41,849 nt of DNA from a virus (lineage: Duplodnaviria; Heunggongvirae; Uroviricota; Caudoviricetes). Location of the stretch: IMG/VR virus record IMGVR_UViG_3300027796_000011, positions 1 to 41,849 of that record; one strand, written 5' to 3'. Shown here piece after piece: positions 24,791 through 33,900 of this stretch (position 1 is its first letter; each line of letters begins with the position of its first letter). The notes under the pieces are model-generated. The model saw only the letters and a program-made list of their open reading frames with translations. It was not told the origin of the DNA and ran no database searches. Made by a program: the position numbers and the translations under genes.

Positions 24791-25668
24791 TACTGACCTC
24801 TCTCTAGGTTCTGAATCTTCACCTCATTCTCCTTGAGAATTTGGTGTGTCTTTTCAGTGGCCTTGAACAACGCATCTTTCATTCTAGCCACTTCCACCTG
24901 TGCCAACTGCAACAACTCTTCTGCTTGCTGATGCCTGTATGTGACATCCCGTCCGATGGTCTGTACCTCAAGAAGTCTTCCCTGCCTGTCAAAAATGCCG
25001 ACCTTCTTCCATAGCACCCATCTGTTTGAGAGTTTCGTTTCCACACTTTCAGAGGTGGGGTTCTCCAGTGTGAGGGCTTCCACTTTATCATTGTGCATGG
25101 ACATGAACTTGCCGCGCATGTAATCAGAAAGATTTGTCCCAAGAACATTCCCCAAAGACATATTCAATAAAGCACAGATGGCTTTGTTGGCGAAAGTAAT
25201 GGTGCCATCGGGACGGAAACGAACAATGTAGTCAGGGGAGAGGTCAACCACAGAGTTGTACAGGTCACACTTGGATTGAAGTTCCTGTCTAAGACGGTAC
25301 TTCTCTGCGGTAAGCAGTAAAACAAGCGGGAGGGTCTTCTGTTCCGTCTTCAGGACGTATGAGTCCGCCCCCGCTGCTATGGTTTCTTTGGCCGTATGCA
25401 AGTCATCGTCACTAGTGAGAACAACGATGGGGATATTCGGGCACAGGGCTTTAACGGCATCAACACTCTGTGTGCCATAACTGTCGGGAAGGTGCAGATC
25501 GACAAGAGCTATGTCAAAGCAGCCTTCCGACAATTTGTATTTAGCATCTTCCAGGGAGCGGACGGCAGAGTACATGTAGTCTTCATCCCCCAGGCTGCGC
25601 TCTAGGAGTTTTTGGACTACAAGGATTTGTGTCAGATCGTCTTCTATGTGCAGTACGCGAAAGCTCAT
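24790..25668 (-). CDS. Response-regulator receiver plus PAS domain protein, no output domain
   Basis: REC: HIEDD, ALVDLHLPDS, VVLTS, GADSYVLK; PAS: SPDYIVRFRPDG.ITFAN...GRLLEVQTIGRDVT; C-terminal coiled coil. Confidence 0.92.
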   Translation of the reverse strand: MSFRVLHIEDDLTQILVVQKLLERSLGDEDYMYSAVRSLEDAKYKLSEGCFDIALVDLHLPDSYGTQSVDAVKALCPNIPIVVLTSDDDLHTAKETIAAGADSYVLKTEQKTLPLVLLLTAEKYRLRQELQSKCDLYNSVVDLSPDYIVRFRPDGTITFANKAICALLNMSLGNVLGTNLSDYMRGKFMSMHNDKVEALTLENPTSESVETKLSNRWVLWKKVGIFDRQGRLLEVQTIGRDVTYRHQQAEELLQLAQVEVARMKDALFKATEKTHQILKENEVKIQNLERGQ

Positions 25669-25689
25669 GCCGTCCCCTTAATGGTTTTT

Positions 25690-25703
25690 TGAAGTTGACT
25701 TCA
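25690..25703. promoter_or_regulatory. Palindromic operator-like site TGAAGTTGACTTCA
   Basis: Perfect match about 21 nt upstream of the REC-PAS start codon, in the 38-nt gap after the o-spanin. Confidence 0.75.
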
Positions 25704-25706
25704 ATC

Positions 25707-26021
25707 CTACTTGTTTGTGGCTTCCCGCAACTCTTTGAGTCTGGTGTTCTGTGCCCTAGCAGCCTCGTACTTTACGAACAATTTTTCAGCCCAATCCTTC
25801 AACTTCGTTATGTTTTCCATAAAAATTTCAGAGTTCAGTTCGGACTCTAGAGGTTCGTCCTGCACCATCTCCTGGTACTGCGGGCGGGGAATTTCGGGAA
25901 GGTCAAGCATCGCCTGCCCGATTTCAATCTTAGCCGGGCCGGTGGTGGGCACCCCCGCGCAGCCACTAATTGAAAATGTGAGTACGAAGATAACCAACAA
26001 GGTCTTTACTAGACTTTTCAT
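25707..26021 (-). CDS. Outer-membrane spanin (Rz1-like lipoprotein)
   Basis: Signal peptide with lipobox ISGC, Pro-rich segment, overlaps the i-spanin 3' end. Confidence 0.8.
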   Translation of the reverse strand: MKSLVKTLLVIFVLTFSISGCAGVPTTGPAKIEIGQAMLDLPEIPRPQYQEMVQDEPLESELNSEIFMENITKLKDWAEKLFVKYEAARAQNTRLKELREATNK

Positions 26022-26370
26022 CTAGGACTCCTTTCTCTATCGCTTCCTTGGCGGGGATGTAAGTCCGCTTTTCAATTACAGTTGTTTTAGCAGACGCCCT
26101 ATCAACCCGCTTATCACATTCAATATCCATCTTCCCAACAAGTTCCTTCAGGCTGGTGACATCAATGGTCAACTCTTTCTTCCTGATTTCAGCTAGATTC
26201 AACTTCTCCTGCAAGGACACTTTTTGGGCTTCAAGTTTGTCGATAGATGCCTTGAGGTTGTCAATGGTATTCCCCTGCTGGTAGGCTCGAAATACCAGAA
26301 AGAGAATAACTAGGACAACTGCCGCGTACCCCATGAGTTTTGCATTTGTTATTCCGAACATACTACCCAC
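25966..26370 (-). CDS. Inner-membrane spanin (Rz-like)
   Basis: N-terminal TM helix followed by long coiled coil. Confidence 0.75.
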   Translation of the reverse strand: MGSMFGITNAKLMGYAAVVLVILFLVFRAYQQGNTIDNLKASIDKLEAQKVSLQEKLNLAEIRKKELTIDVTSLKELVGKMDIECDKRVDRASAKTTVIEKRTYIPAKEAIEKGVLDEKSSKDLVGYLRTHIFN

Positions 26371-27267
26371 CTACCCTATAAGTGTTCCAGTTATCCTAGA
26401 AGATGCAAAGACTGAGGAACTGGCCGCCGTTTGCTGTCTATAATACAAACTGAGTGTTCTTTTTCCAGTAGTCAACACGGGGCTGTGAATAGCTGCGACA
26501 CTTAAATAGTCGCCACTCGCGTAGCCAGTCGCAATCGTATCAGGAAGAACTTTTGTAGCAGACACCATATCATAGACTGAAAAGATACTCTTAAAGCTGT
26601 TGTTTGCATATTGGGCATACACATTTATCCCTATGGTAGTGGCTTCTTCACCCCAAGATAGGATATCTATTCTGTCTACAGCATCAAATACTTCAATATC
26701 CACACTAGCAGTTGTGATATTGGTACGATCTATGGATTTAAGGGCACCAAACCCAACCGAACGCCTATTGTAGTAACTAAGGACGAGTCGCTGTTGTTCA
26801 GTGTCGGCCCAGGCGGGTCCGGTGATGGGGTAGGCCATCCCGACAAGCGTCTTGGCAGCAGTGACAGAACTAACCATCACCGTGCCGGTAGCATCCAGGG
26901 TGGGGGTGTCTGTCAGAAACTCAAGAGTCGGGCTGGAAGCGTTAGACACATAGATATAGTACAGGATGTTTGGGGTAGCTCCAGTAGGTGCCAATGTGAT
27001 ACCAGCAGCAGGAATCTGAACCATAACGCCATTGATGTAAATCCAGCCCCCATTGTAGCGGGACAACAGGAGGTTGGCTCCAGACTTCGTGAGCCGAACG
27101 CTTCCGTTAGGACGGAACATCGTGGCATTGGCAGGGGTCAGAAACTTGTCATTGCTAGTAGCCGCAAGAATCTCGGCAGAAGATGCAGGAACCGCCCCCG
27201 TAAACGCCTGTTTCGGGAGGGCAGCAGACAACTCCCTACGAAACCAGTTTCTCAAATTGATAGCCAT
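26371..27267 (-). CDS. Tail fibre / receptor-binding protein (second)
   Basis: A...E..A.T.ND.FLTP fibre repeat, TLYYIY..., LVG motif, beta-rich C-terminal domain. Confidence 0.65.
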   Translation of the reverse strand: MAINLRNWFRRELSAALPKQAFTGAVPASSAEILAATSNDKFLTPANATMFRPNGSVRLTKSGANLLLSRYNGGWIYINGVMVQIPAAGITLAPTGATPNILYYIYVSNASSPTLEFLTDTPTLDATGTVMVSSVTAAKTLVGMAYPITGPAWADTEQQRLVLSYYNRRSVGFGALKSIDRTNITTASVDIEVFDAVDRIDILSWGEEATTIGINVYAQYANNSFKSIFSVYDMVSATKVLPDTIATGYASGDYLSVAAIHSPVLTTGKRTLSLYYRQQTAASSSVFASSRITGTLIG

Positions 27268-27271
27268 CGCG

Positions 27272-27568
27272 CTATACCCCCAGATAAGTGATTATGCCAG
27301 ACATGATAAGACAGGCACAAAAGGGCCACATAAAATCGTTTCTTCCATCCAAATCGTACTCTATTGGAGTCCAACCCCGCCACCAGCGAAGGTCTTTGGA
27401 GTGTATCTCGAAGTCACGTTTCTCCCTCCCCCAATAAAAGCCAATACCCAAAGCCGCACCGGCCCACCAATTACCAGTGGAGAAGCCAACTATCAGTTGC
27501 AGCAGCAAGGCAATAGCGGCGTGAATCACGCCATTCAGAAGTAGTTTGCTTGTCATGGCTAGGCCCAT
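27272..27568 (-). CDS. Small membrane protein following fibre gene
   Basis: Hydrophobic helices, GRE..D and WW motifs; start may be ATG 27556. Confidence 0.6.
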   Translation of the reverse strand: MGLAMTSKLLLNGVIHAAIALLLQLIVGFSTGNWWAGAALGIGFYWGREKRDFEIHSKDLRWWRGWTPIEYDLDGRNDFMWPFCACLIMSGIITYLGV

Positions 27569-27879
27569 GTCCCAACATTCGGGGGGCGGTCAACGATCTC
27601 GACACCACAGGTCCGAACGGCGTCCGCAAGTTCAGTGTCGTAACACCGCAAGGCAGCATAGACCCCAGGAAGAAACGTCGTGGGGGTCAGTTCGTTGCCC
27701 TCTTCATCATAGGTGCCCGGAACGTCCACGACGGCTCCCAGGTAGTGTAGGGCGTGTCGCGGGGAGGCAGTCACAAATTCCCCCTCAAATGTCAGGCCGG
27801 GGGCTGGCAGGATAGTCACAGACGCCAGTGCGTCGTACATATCCTCGTAGTCAAGTGTTCCAATATAGAGGTCAATCAT
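27559..27879 (-). CDS. Small fibre-associated protein (chaperone-like)
   Basis: 106 aa directly after fibre gene; G..D..G.E...P pattern. Confidence 0.6.
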   Translation of the reverse strand: MIDLYIGTLDYEDMYDALASVTILPAPGLTFEGEFVTASPRHALHYLGAVVDVPGTYDEEGNELTPTTFLPGVYAALRCYDTELADAVRTCGVEIVDRPPNVGTWA

Positions 27880-27889
27880 TATCCGCTCC

Positions 27890-29986
27890 TTACAGGGTCA
27901 ACGCCTGGAGTTGGGAAGATGTTAAGGCACGGGGGTAGTAGACAACACTGGCAATAGTACCCTGCCACATATTTGCTGCTGTGGTGGGGCTGCCAAGACG
28001 CAATGTTGTCAGTCCTGTGGGAACACCCCCGGCGGTGTCAGTCAACACTGTGGCTCCATTGATTGTAAACTTGAAGTCGTTTGCCTTCCATGAGAAAGCA
28101 CAGAAGAACTCCGTATTATTTGGGATAACCGTGGTGCCGAGTGAAACAACGGTGGAACCACCAGTGACAACGGAAGCCGTGACTGCTTTGTTGGTGCCTC
28201 TGTTGATGTATATTCTATTACTTGTGGTTCCATCATCCAAGTGAACAAGGAGTTCGTTGCTCACCGGGGCGTTCATTGGTGTTCTGGCCCGGACAACAAC
28301 AGTACCTTCGGAGGTGTTAAAATCTATGCCTGACAGCAGGACAGTAGCGACATCCGCAGCCCTAGTAACAGTCGCATACGTGGTGTCTATGTAACTGGTT
28401 GGGATGGAGCCAGACTCAATCTGCGCTTGCGAGGCATAAACACCATAACCAACGGTGCCCGCATAAGTAGCCACACCATAAGTCGTGACAGTTGTACCAT
28501 TATACATACTCAGTGTGCCACGCAATTGCGTTGAGGTAGCATCGACGATACAGGACACAGAGCAAAGCCAGTAGCCATCCCCCGCATAACGCATCTTAGC
28601 GGTGGGGAGAGTGCCACTGCCAGCGACGGTAGCGACATCCCAAGTGGCTGCATCCGTCCCGGCAGCACTACAAGTACCAGTGGTGAGGTCAAAAAAAGCA
28701 TTGACACCATTTGTCCAACCGTTATGCACCAGACCAAGACGCACAACATTTCTCTCAGCGGCTTTCAGTTTGACGCTAAAAACCTGTAGTGTGTTAGCGG
28801 TAACGATCACTAGGGGGGTTGCCCAGGAATACGCTAAGGTTCCAGTTGTTTCACAGATTTTTTCGGCGTTTGTTGCGCCGTCCGGGCCTGTGGTAGCGTT
28901 GGGAGTGACAGTTGTATTTGTGGGGAGGTGCATGTCCACAATGGCACTGTAGGTACCTGACGCTGTAGACGTATCACCAGTGACAGTCCCAGAGAAAGTG
29001 CCGGTAACAGTCTTGAGTCCCAGATAAGTGGTGGTTCCAGCAGTCACATGGACAACAACACCAGCAGCCCCCCCGCCGCGCACAGTCTCACCCACCTGGA
29101 AAGTGCCAGTAACACTGGTGAGGGCCAGACGCTTGGTGACTTCCAGCATATTGGAGTACGGGCACAGATTTGTGGCAGCCGCTTCGATGAGCAGCCCATC
29201 ACAAGTACCGGCGGTGACATCGAACGGAAACCGTGGGACATCCACGGCCTTGCTGGTGATAAGTCCGTTCTGGTTGATATCCGTCCCGGTTGACGCCCTG
29301 GAGTATCCAACAATCGCGGGAAGGGCCTTCGCATCAGCAAAAGGCAGCACCATAGCAGGGGTCACGGTGGGAAGGTCAGGGACCAGAGAAGCCAACCCGG
29401 CGGGGTGGATAGCTAGAGCCGAAGACGTTCCATCCAACGTCTCAGCAGCAGTGGCGAGTTCCACCAAACCAGTGCGTGTCTCATTGGCAGTCCTGTCGAG
29501 AATAGCCTGGATGGACGGGGGGAAGAACACCTCTGTGCCTGTGGGGGTGTCGGTGAAATCATAGACAGAGGGGATGGTAAAAATAGACCAATCTGCAAGG
29601 GTAGCAGCCTCCCCCACCATGCCAGAGACAGCCACAACCAGAGTTGTCACAGAATAACTGGTGACACTCCCGGTCATGCCTTTCTGGTTAGTCTCGTTCC
29701 AGATGACCACCTGAATACCAGGAACAAAGGATTTTCCAGAAGCAATCGTGAGAGTCACACTGCCAGAGGACACCATAGCCAACGAGGTGGTGGAGGCAGC
29801 AGTCAGCCCGTTACCGCCGCTGGAAGCGGACAGCGTAGCCAGACTGTTGATCTCGGTAATGACAGCATTGATCTGTTCCGTCAGGACAGGCAACGCCCCC
29901 AAAAAGGCATCCGCTTTGGTAGCAAAATTGGAGGGGTTACTTTTGGAAGGCGGATCAATCAGTTCCGTGATTTGAGCAATAGCCAT
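27890..29986 (-). CDS. Tail fibre / spike protein with C-terminal LamG-like domain
   Basis: N-terminal PPS.SNP.NF..KADAFL.AL; GLVELAT.AET..G repeat; SRASTGT...PRF...GLLIE..ATN domain; Thr-rich; ending PRALT..QLQALT. Confidence 0.8.
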   Translation of the reverse strand: MAIAQITELIDPPSKSNPSNFATKADAFLGALPVLTEQINAVITEINSLATLSASSGGNGLTAASTTSLAMVSSGSVTLTIASGKSFVPGIQVVIWNETNQKGMTGSVTSYSVTTLVVAVSGMVGEAATLADWSIFTIPSVYDFTDTPTGTEVFFPPSIQAILDRTANETRTGLVELATAAETLDGTSSALAIHPAGLASLVPDLPTVTPAMVLPFADAKALPAIVGYSRASTGTDINQNGLITSKAVDVPRFPFDVTAGTCDGLLIEAAATNLCPYSNMLEVTKRLALTSVTGTFQVGETVRGGGAAGVVVHVTAGTTTYLGLKTVTGTFSGTVTGDTSTASGTYSAIVDMHLPTNTTVTPNATTGPDGATNAEKICETTGTLAYSWATPLVIVTANTLQVFSVKLKAAERNVVRLGLVHNGWTNGVNAFFDLTTGTCSAAGTDAATWDVATVAGSGTLPTAKMRYAGDGYWLCSVSCIVDATSTQLRGTLSMYNGTTVTTYGVATYAGTVGYGVYASQAQIESGSIPTSYIDTTYATVTRAADVATVLLSGIDFNTSEGTVVVRARTPMNAPVSNELLVHLDDGTTSNRIYINRGTNKAVTASVVTGGSTVVSLGTTVIPNNTEFFCAFSWKANDFKFTINGATVLTDTAGGVPTGLTTLRLGSPTTAANMWQGTIASVVYYPRALTSSQLQALTL

Positions 29987-29999
29987 CGAATCCTCCTCG

Positions 30000-30947
30000 T
30001 TATATCAGACCTTCAACGGTCAGGCTGCACTCATCAATAGAGCCGGGATGTTTTGTCTTGATGACCACCCCGAAATCCTTAATAAACCCATAAACAATCA
30101 GGGCTTGCATGGAGTCGTTATAACTATCTTCGTTGTCGAGAATCCAAACACAGGGTTTGGCACGAAGACTCTTCATAAACTTTGAGATGGTGTCCGTAAC
30201 GGAGTTCGAGATGTAGAGCATCACATCCAAAACATCTCTATAAGCCCCCTGCTTCAAGTAGATATCTCCGAAACTGTTCTCTTCCTTAACGGAGAAGTCG
30301 ATTATTCCAGAACTGATATCTTGCCCGACATCACCGATATACTTGGTCATCCCGTGCTTGATGATACCCGCACTAGAAGTACCTCCGGGGGTGTTGACCT
30401 GAATGAACAGGTGTGTCCCATACCCAGGGGGGTAGTCCCAAAGTATTTTGTCTTTATAAGTGCTGTCCGTAAAAAAGTAATCATACCAATCAACTATGTT
30501 TGAGTCATCTATGAGAGATATCGTCTCCCATTTAATGGCTCCTGACATGTCCGCAGGGTACAGACTTAAAGATACAGAGGCACCTTCCAAGTTCAGCAGT
30601 GCAACAGATGAGGTGCGTGTTGCGTCCAACTCATACTGAACACGCTCTGACTGCACAGTAGTGGTGTTGACGTAGGGATCGAAGGCTTTCCATCTGTTGG
30701 TGTACCCGACTTCAGCCCACTTCGGGGTGTCAGCAAGGACATCCGTGGGGGGGTAGTTTCCAACATTACCAGCAGTAAGAGACTCGTATATCTTGTGTGT
30801 AGCCACGACACAGACGCGGGCTTCGTTCGCATAGGTGGTTCCTGCTACATAGATAGCAGGATCACCATTTGCAGTGTCCGGTTCTGGGATGTTAGAACTG
30901 AGAAGTATCGCATCAGTGACATCAACCGGGTTGATTACGGTAGCCAT
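30000..30947 (-). CDS. Distal tail / tail-tip structural protein
   Basis: Directly after tape measure; SSNIPE, Y..GTTY...V, P..W..VG.TNRW.AFD pattern of siphophage tail-tip proteins. Confidence 0.7.
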   Translation of the reverse strand: MATVINPVDVTDAILLSSNIPEPDTANGDPAIYVAGTTYANEARVCVVATHKIYESLTAGNVGNYPPTDVLADTPKWAEVGYTNRWKAFDPYVNTTTVQSERVQYELDATRTSSVALLNLEGASVSLSLYPADMSGAIKWETISLIDDSNIVDWYDYFFTDSTYKDKILWDYPPGYGTHLFIQVNTPGGTSSAGIIKHGMTKYIGDVGQDISSGIIDFSVKEENSFGDIYLKQGAYRDVLDVMLYISNSVTDTISKFMKSLRAKPCVWILDNEDSYNDSMQALIVYGFIKDFGVVIKTKHPGSIDECSLTVEGLI

Positions 30948-30950
30948 GCT

Positions 30951-33900
30951 CTAAGCCTCCGTCAGTTCGGCGGCGTAGTTGGACCGCTCAATGGCTTTGT
31001 TGGTTCTGTAGGTGTGCCCGGCAATGGCCGCTGTGTTATCCACAACCTTACGGGTCAATTCGGCCATGTCCTGATTCATCTGGTAGATAGCAGCCACAAC
31101 ATCTTCACTGCTGCCCCCTGTCATTCCGTTGATCCTGACCGGGATAGCTCCCCCGGACAGGGGCACAATGGCTTCCGGGCCAGCCTCCCCGACTGTAGCC
31201 AGGGTGCGCTCGTACACAATCCCGCCTGTAGCATATTCGGGAAGGTCAACAACAAGGTTCATCCAGTAGTTCAACTGATTCTGGAGGGAGTTGACCTGAT
31301 TCATGATCTGCTGGTATTCCTGCATGTACATCATGAAGGCCATCGGAACACCCATCATCATAGCCATCATAGCCATCTGCTGCTTAGAAGCGGCCTGACT
31401 CTGCAACCCCGCAATAGACTGCGAAAGGGCCTCAATGTTGGTCTGCTTCAGCAGGTAGGTGGAGATAGCCTGGAAGTAACTAGCCATCTGATCGGCAGCA
31501 GCGTTCTGCTCCTCTTCCAAGGCATACAGGCGTTCAGCCTCCTTCCTGCGTTCGGCTATATTCAACTCCAGCCAGGAGATGTACTCTTCCTGCCCGACTT
31601 CGATCTGGTCAATCAGGGCGTCCCACTGCGACTGATCGGTAACACCAGCAGCGATAGACTCCAGTTTGAGAACCATCTTATCGGAGACATCAACATCCTG
31701 CCCGGTGTACTTCTCCAAGGACTCCAACGCATCCACAGAAGACAGCAGCAGTCTGGCCTGATCCTGCGACAAGTTGTCGGTGTTCAACGTACCAGCCAAC
31801 AACTGCTTCAGGTCAGAGGAGGACATCAAATCATTGTACGTTGACTTAGCCAGGGCCTTAAACGAGGCTTCTGTCATGTCTCCTTCAGCGGTGTCCTTGG
31901 CGGCATCGGACATCTTAGCCAACTTCTCAAACAGCGCATTGGCATCGGCCACGAACTTGGAATCCGGGCTGTCCGACTGAAGTTCTTCCTGCACACGAGT
32001 CAGCAAATCAGACTCGTTGGTGTAAAGGTCGCTGGCGACTCCCCCGTACTCACCCTGCAACTCAGAGCGGGTGGCAGCGTTCCCAAGGCGGGAAAGCGTT
32101 CTGGCCTCAAGGACGTTGTAGTCGCTGTACGACATGGTTTTCTTGGCGGATTCCAACATCTTCTCCGCAAGTTCGGGGAGGTTCCCCATGGCCTCTTGGG
32201 CATCCGCACTAAAGTCCTTCATAGCAGTGCTGAAGTCAGTGTTGAACTCTGCACGCGCTTTGGTGAACTTCTCAAGCGGGGTGGTGGTATCTTCTGTGAT
32301 GCTTTCGATAGCATCCCGCAAAGACTTGCCAAAGGCTTCAAACGCGGTAGCCGAAGCAGACGCCTCTGCGGCCAAATCCTGCAACGCGGCTATCTGGTGT
32401 GCAACAGAATCCTTCAGCTTCTTGGTCAGGGAGGTAAGGTCATCCTCATCGCTTTCCTGCCCGCGAAGTTCACGCAGTTTGGCTTCCATCTCATAAATCT
32501 GAGTCTCAACCAGGGCAGCTTGCTGTGCGTAGGTAGCATTGTTCTTGCGTGCATCCGCAAGTTCCTGCTCCATCGTGATAGCCCAACGGGTCATCTCAGC
32601 ACCCGCAGTCTGCTCATCAGCAATCTGCCTACGGTACTTCAGTTCTGCATCCCAAGCGTAGTTGGAGAACTCAATATCAGCCAACGCCTGTTCGGCCTCT
32701 TCCAGGTTGGCGACATTCTGAGCAATCGCAACCCAATCGTCGAAGATCGAGGCAGGCATAGACTCGTTCATCGCCGCAGCATACGCAGCCCAGAAAGCGT
32801 CGGTGTTGTCCCCAATCCAATCCGTGTCAAAATTGGGAAGGAGACTCCCAAGGTCGGTAAGCCCGGAAGTGAACTGCGACTTGTAGTAGTTCACATTGGC
32901 ATTAGCTCTAGCTTCATTCCCCATCGCGTAGTTGGAGAACACGGTCATGGCCTGCTGGAAGGCATCCTCCCCGCCAGCAGCATCAATCAACTGTTCGGAA
33001 TACTGAGCCAGGACGATGTTGGTCAACTGCTTGCGGTACTGCTCAAAGTAACGAACAACTTCAGCACCAGACTCGCCAACGGCCCGAAGGCTATCAGTGA
33101 GTTCGTCCGTGGTGTCCGCTTGGTTCTGCATAGCCTCTGTGATGACACCCACCCCGGCATTAAAGCCGGTAGCAATGGCAGCATAAGACAGGATCACCGC
33201 GTCGGTGGCACCGGCCATCTTGGCTAAGTCGATACCAAGAGGCTCAACCAGGGGGGAGACAGTACCGAAGGCTTTAGCCAACCGAATCAAGGTCTGGTCC
33301 AGGCTTTCCATGCCCTGCTTGAACAACTTGACCATGTAACTCATCTCGCCCATAGCCTGTGCAGCCGCATTGTCCTTCATGTTGTAGGACACCATCGGGG
33401 CCAGTTTATCAGGAACGCCCATAGCCTGGAAGGAGAAGTTACGGTCCCAATTCTGGTTGAAACCGATATCTAACACCTTCATGGACTGATTGATGTCTTT
33501 CACTGTTTTTTTGAAACGCAGGCGTTCCTCTTCCATCTCCATCGGATCAAGACCAGATGTTTGGGTGCTGCCGTCACTCATCTGGGTGACACCAAAACCA
33601 GAGAAAGAGCCGTTGGAGAACATCAGAGACTTACCAGACCACACTTCGGAGGGTGGCTTCTTCTTCTCTTCTTCGGCCATCGAACTGAAAAGGGTCACAA
33701 GGCCACCAACGGCCATCGTTATCCCACCAATTAACTGCCCACCGGGGATCATGGAGATGATGCCACCAGCAGTCATCAACCCGCCCCCAATGCTCTGCAT
33801 GGCGTTACCAGAGGTCAGCCCACCGATGGCTGTACCAGCCCCGGCGGCAACGGCCATCACGTTGGCACCATTGACATTCCAACCGCTACCAGCAGACTTC

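Noticed and set aside
24790-25668. Host assignment from REC-PAS and integrase style (Desulfobacterota-like)
   Set aside because: Only an impression of sequence style; spanins support Gram-negative, but no taxon can be fixed without a search
26371-29986. Diversity-generating retroelement or invertible fibre cassette
   Set aside because: No reverse transcriptase or invertase ORF, and no template/variable repeat pair or flanking inverted repeats seen
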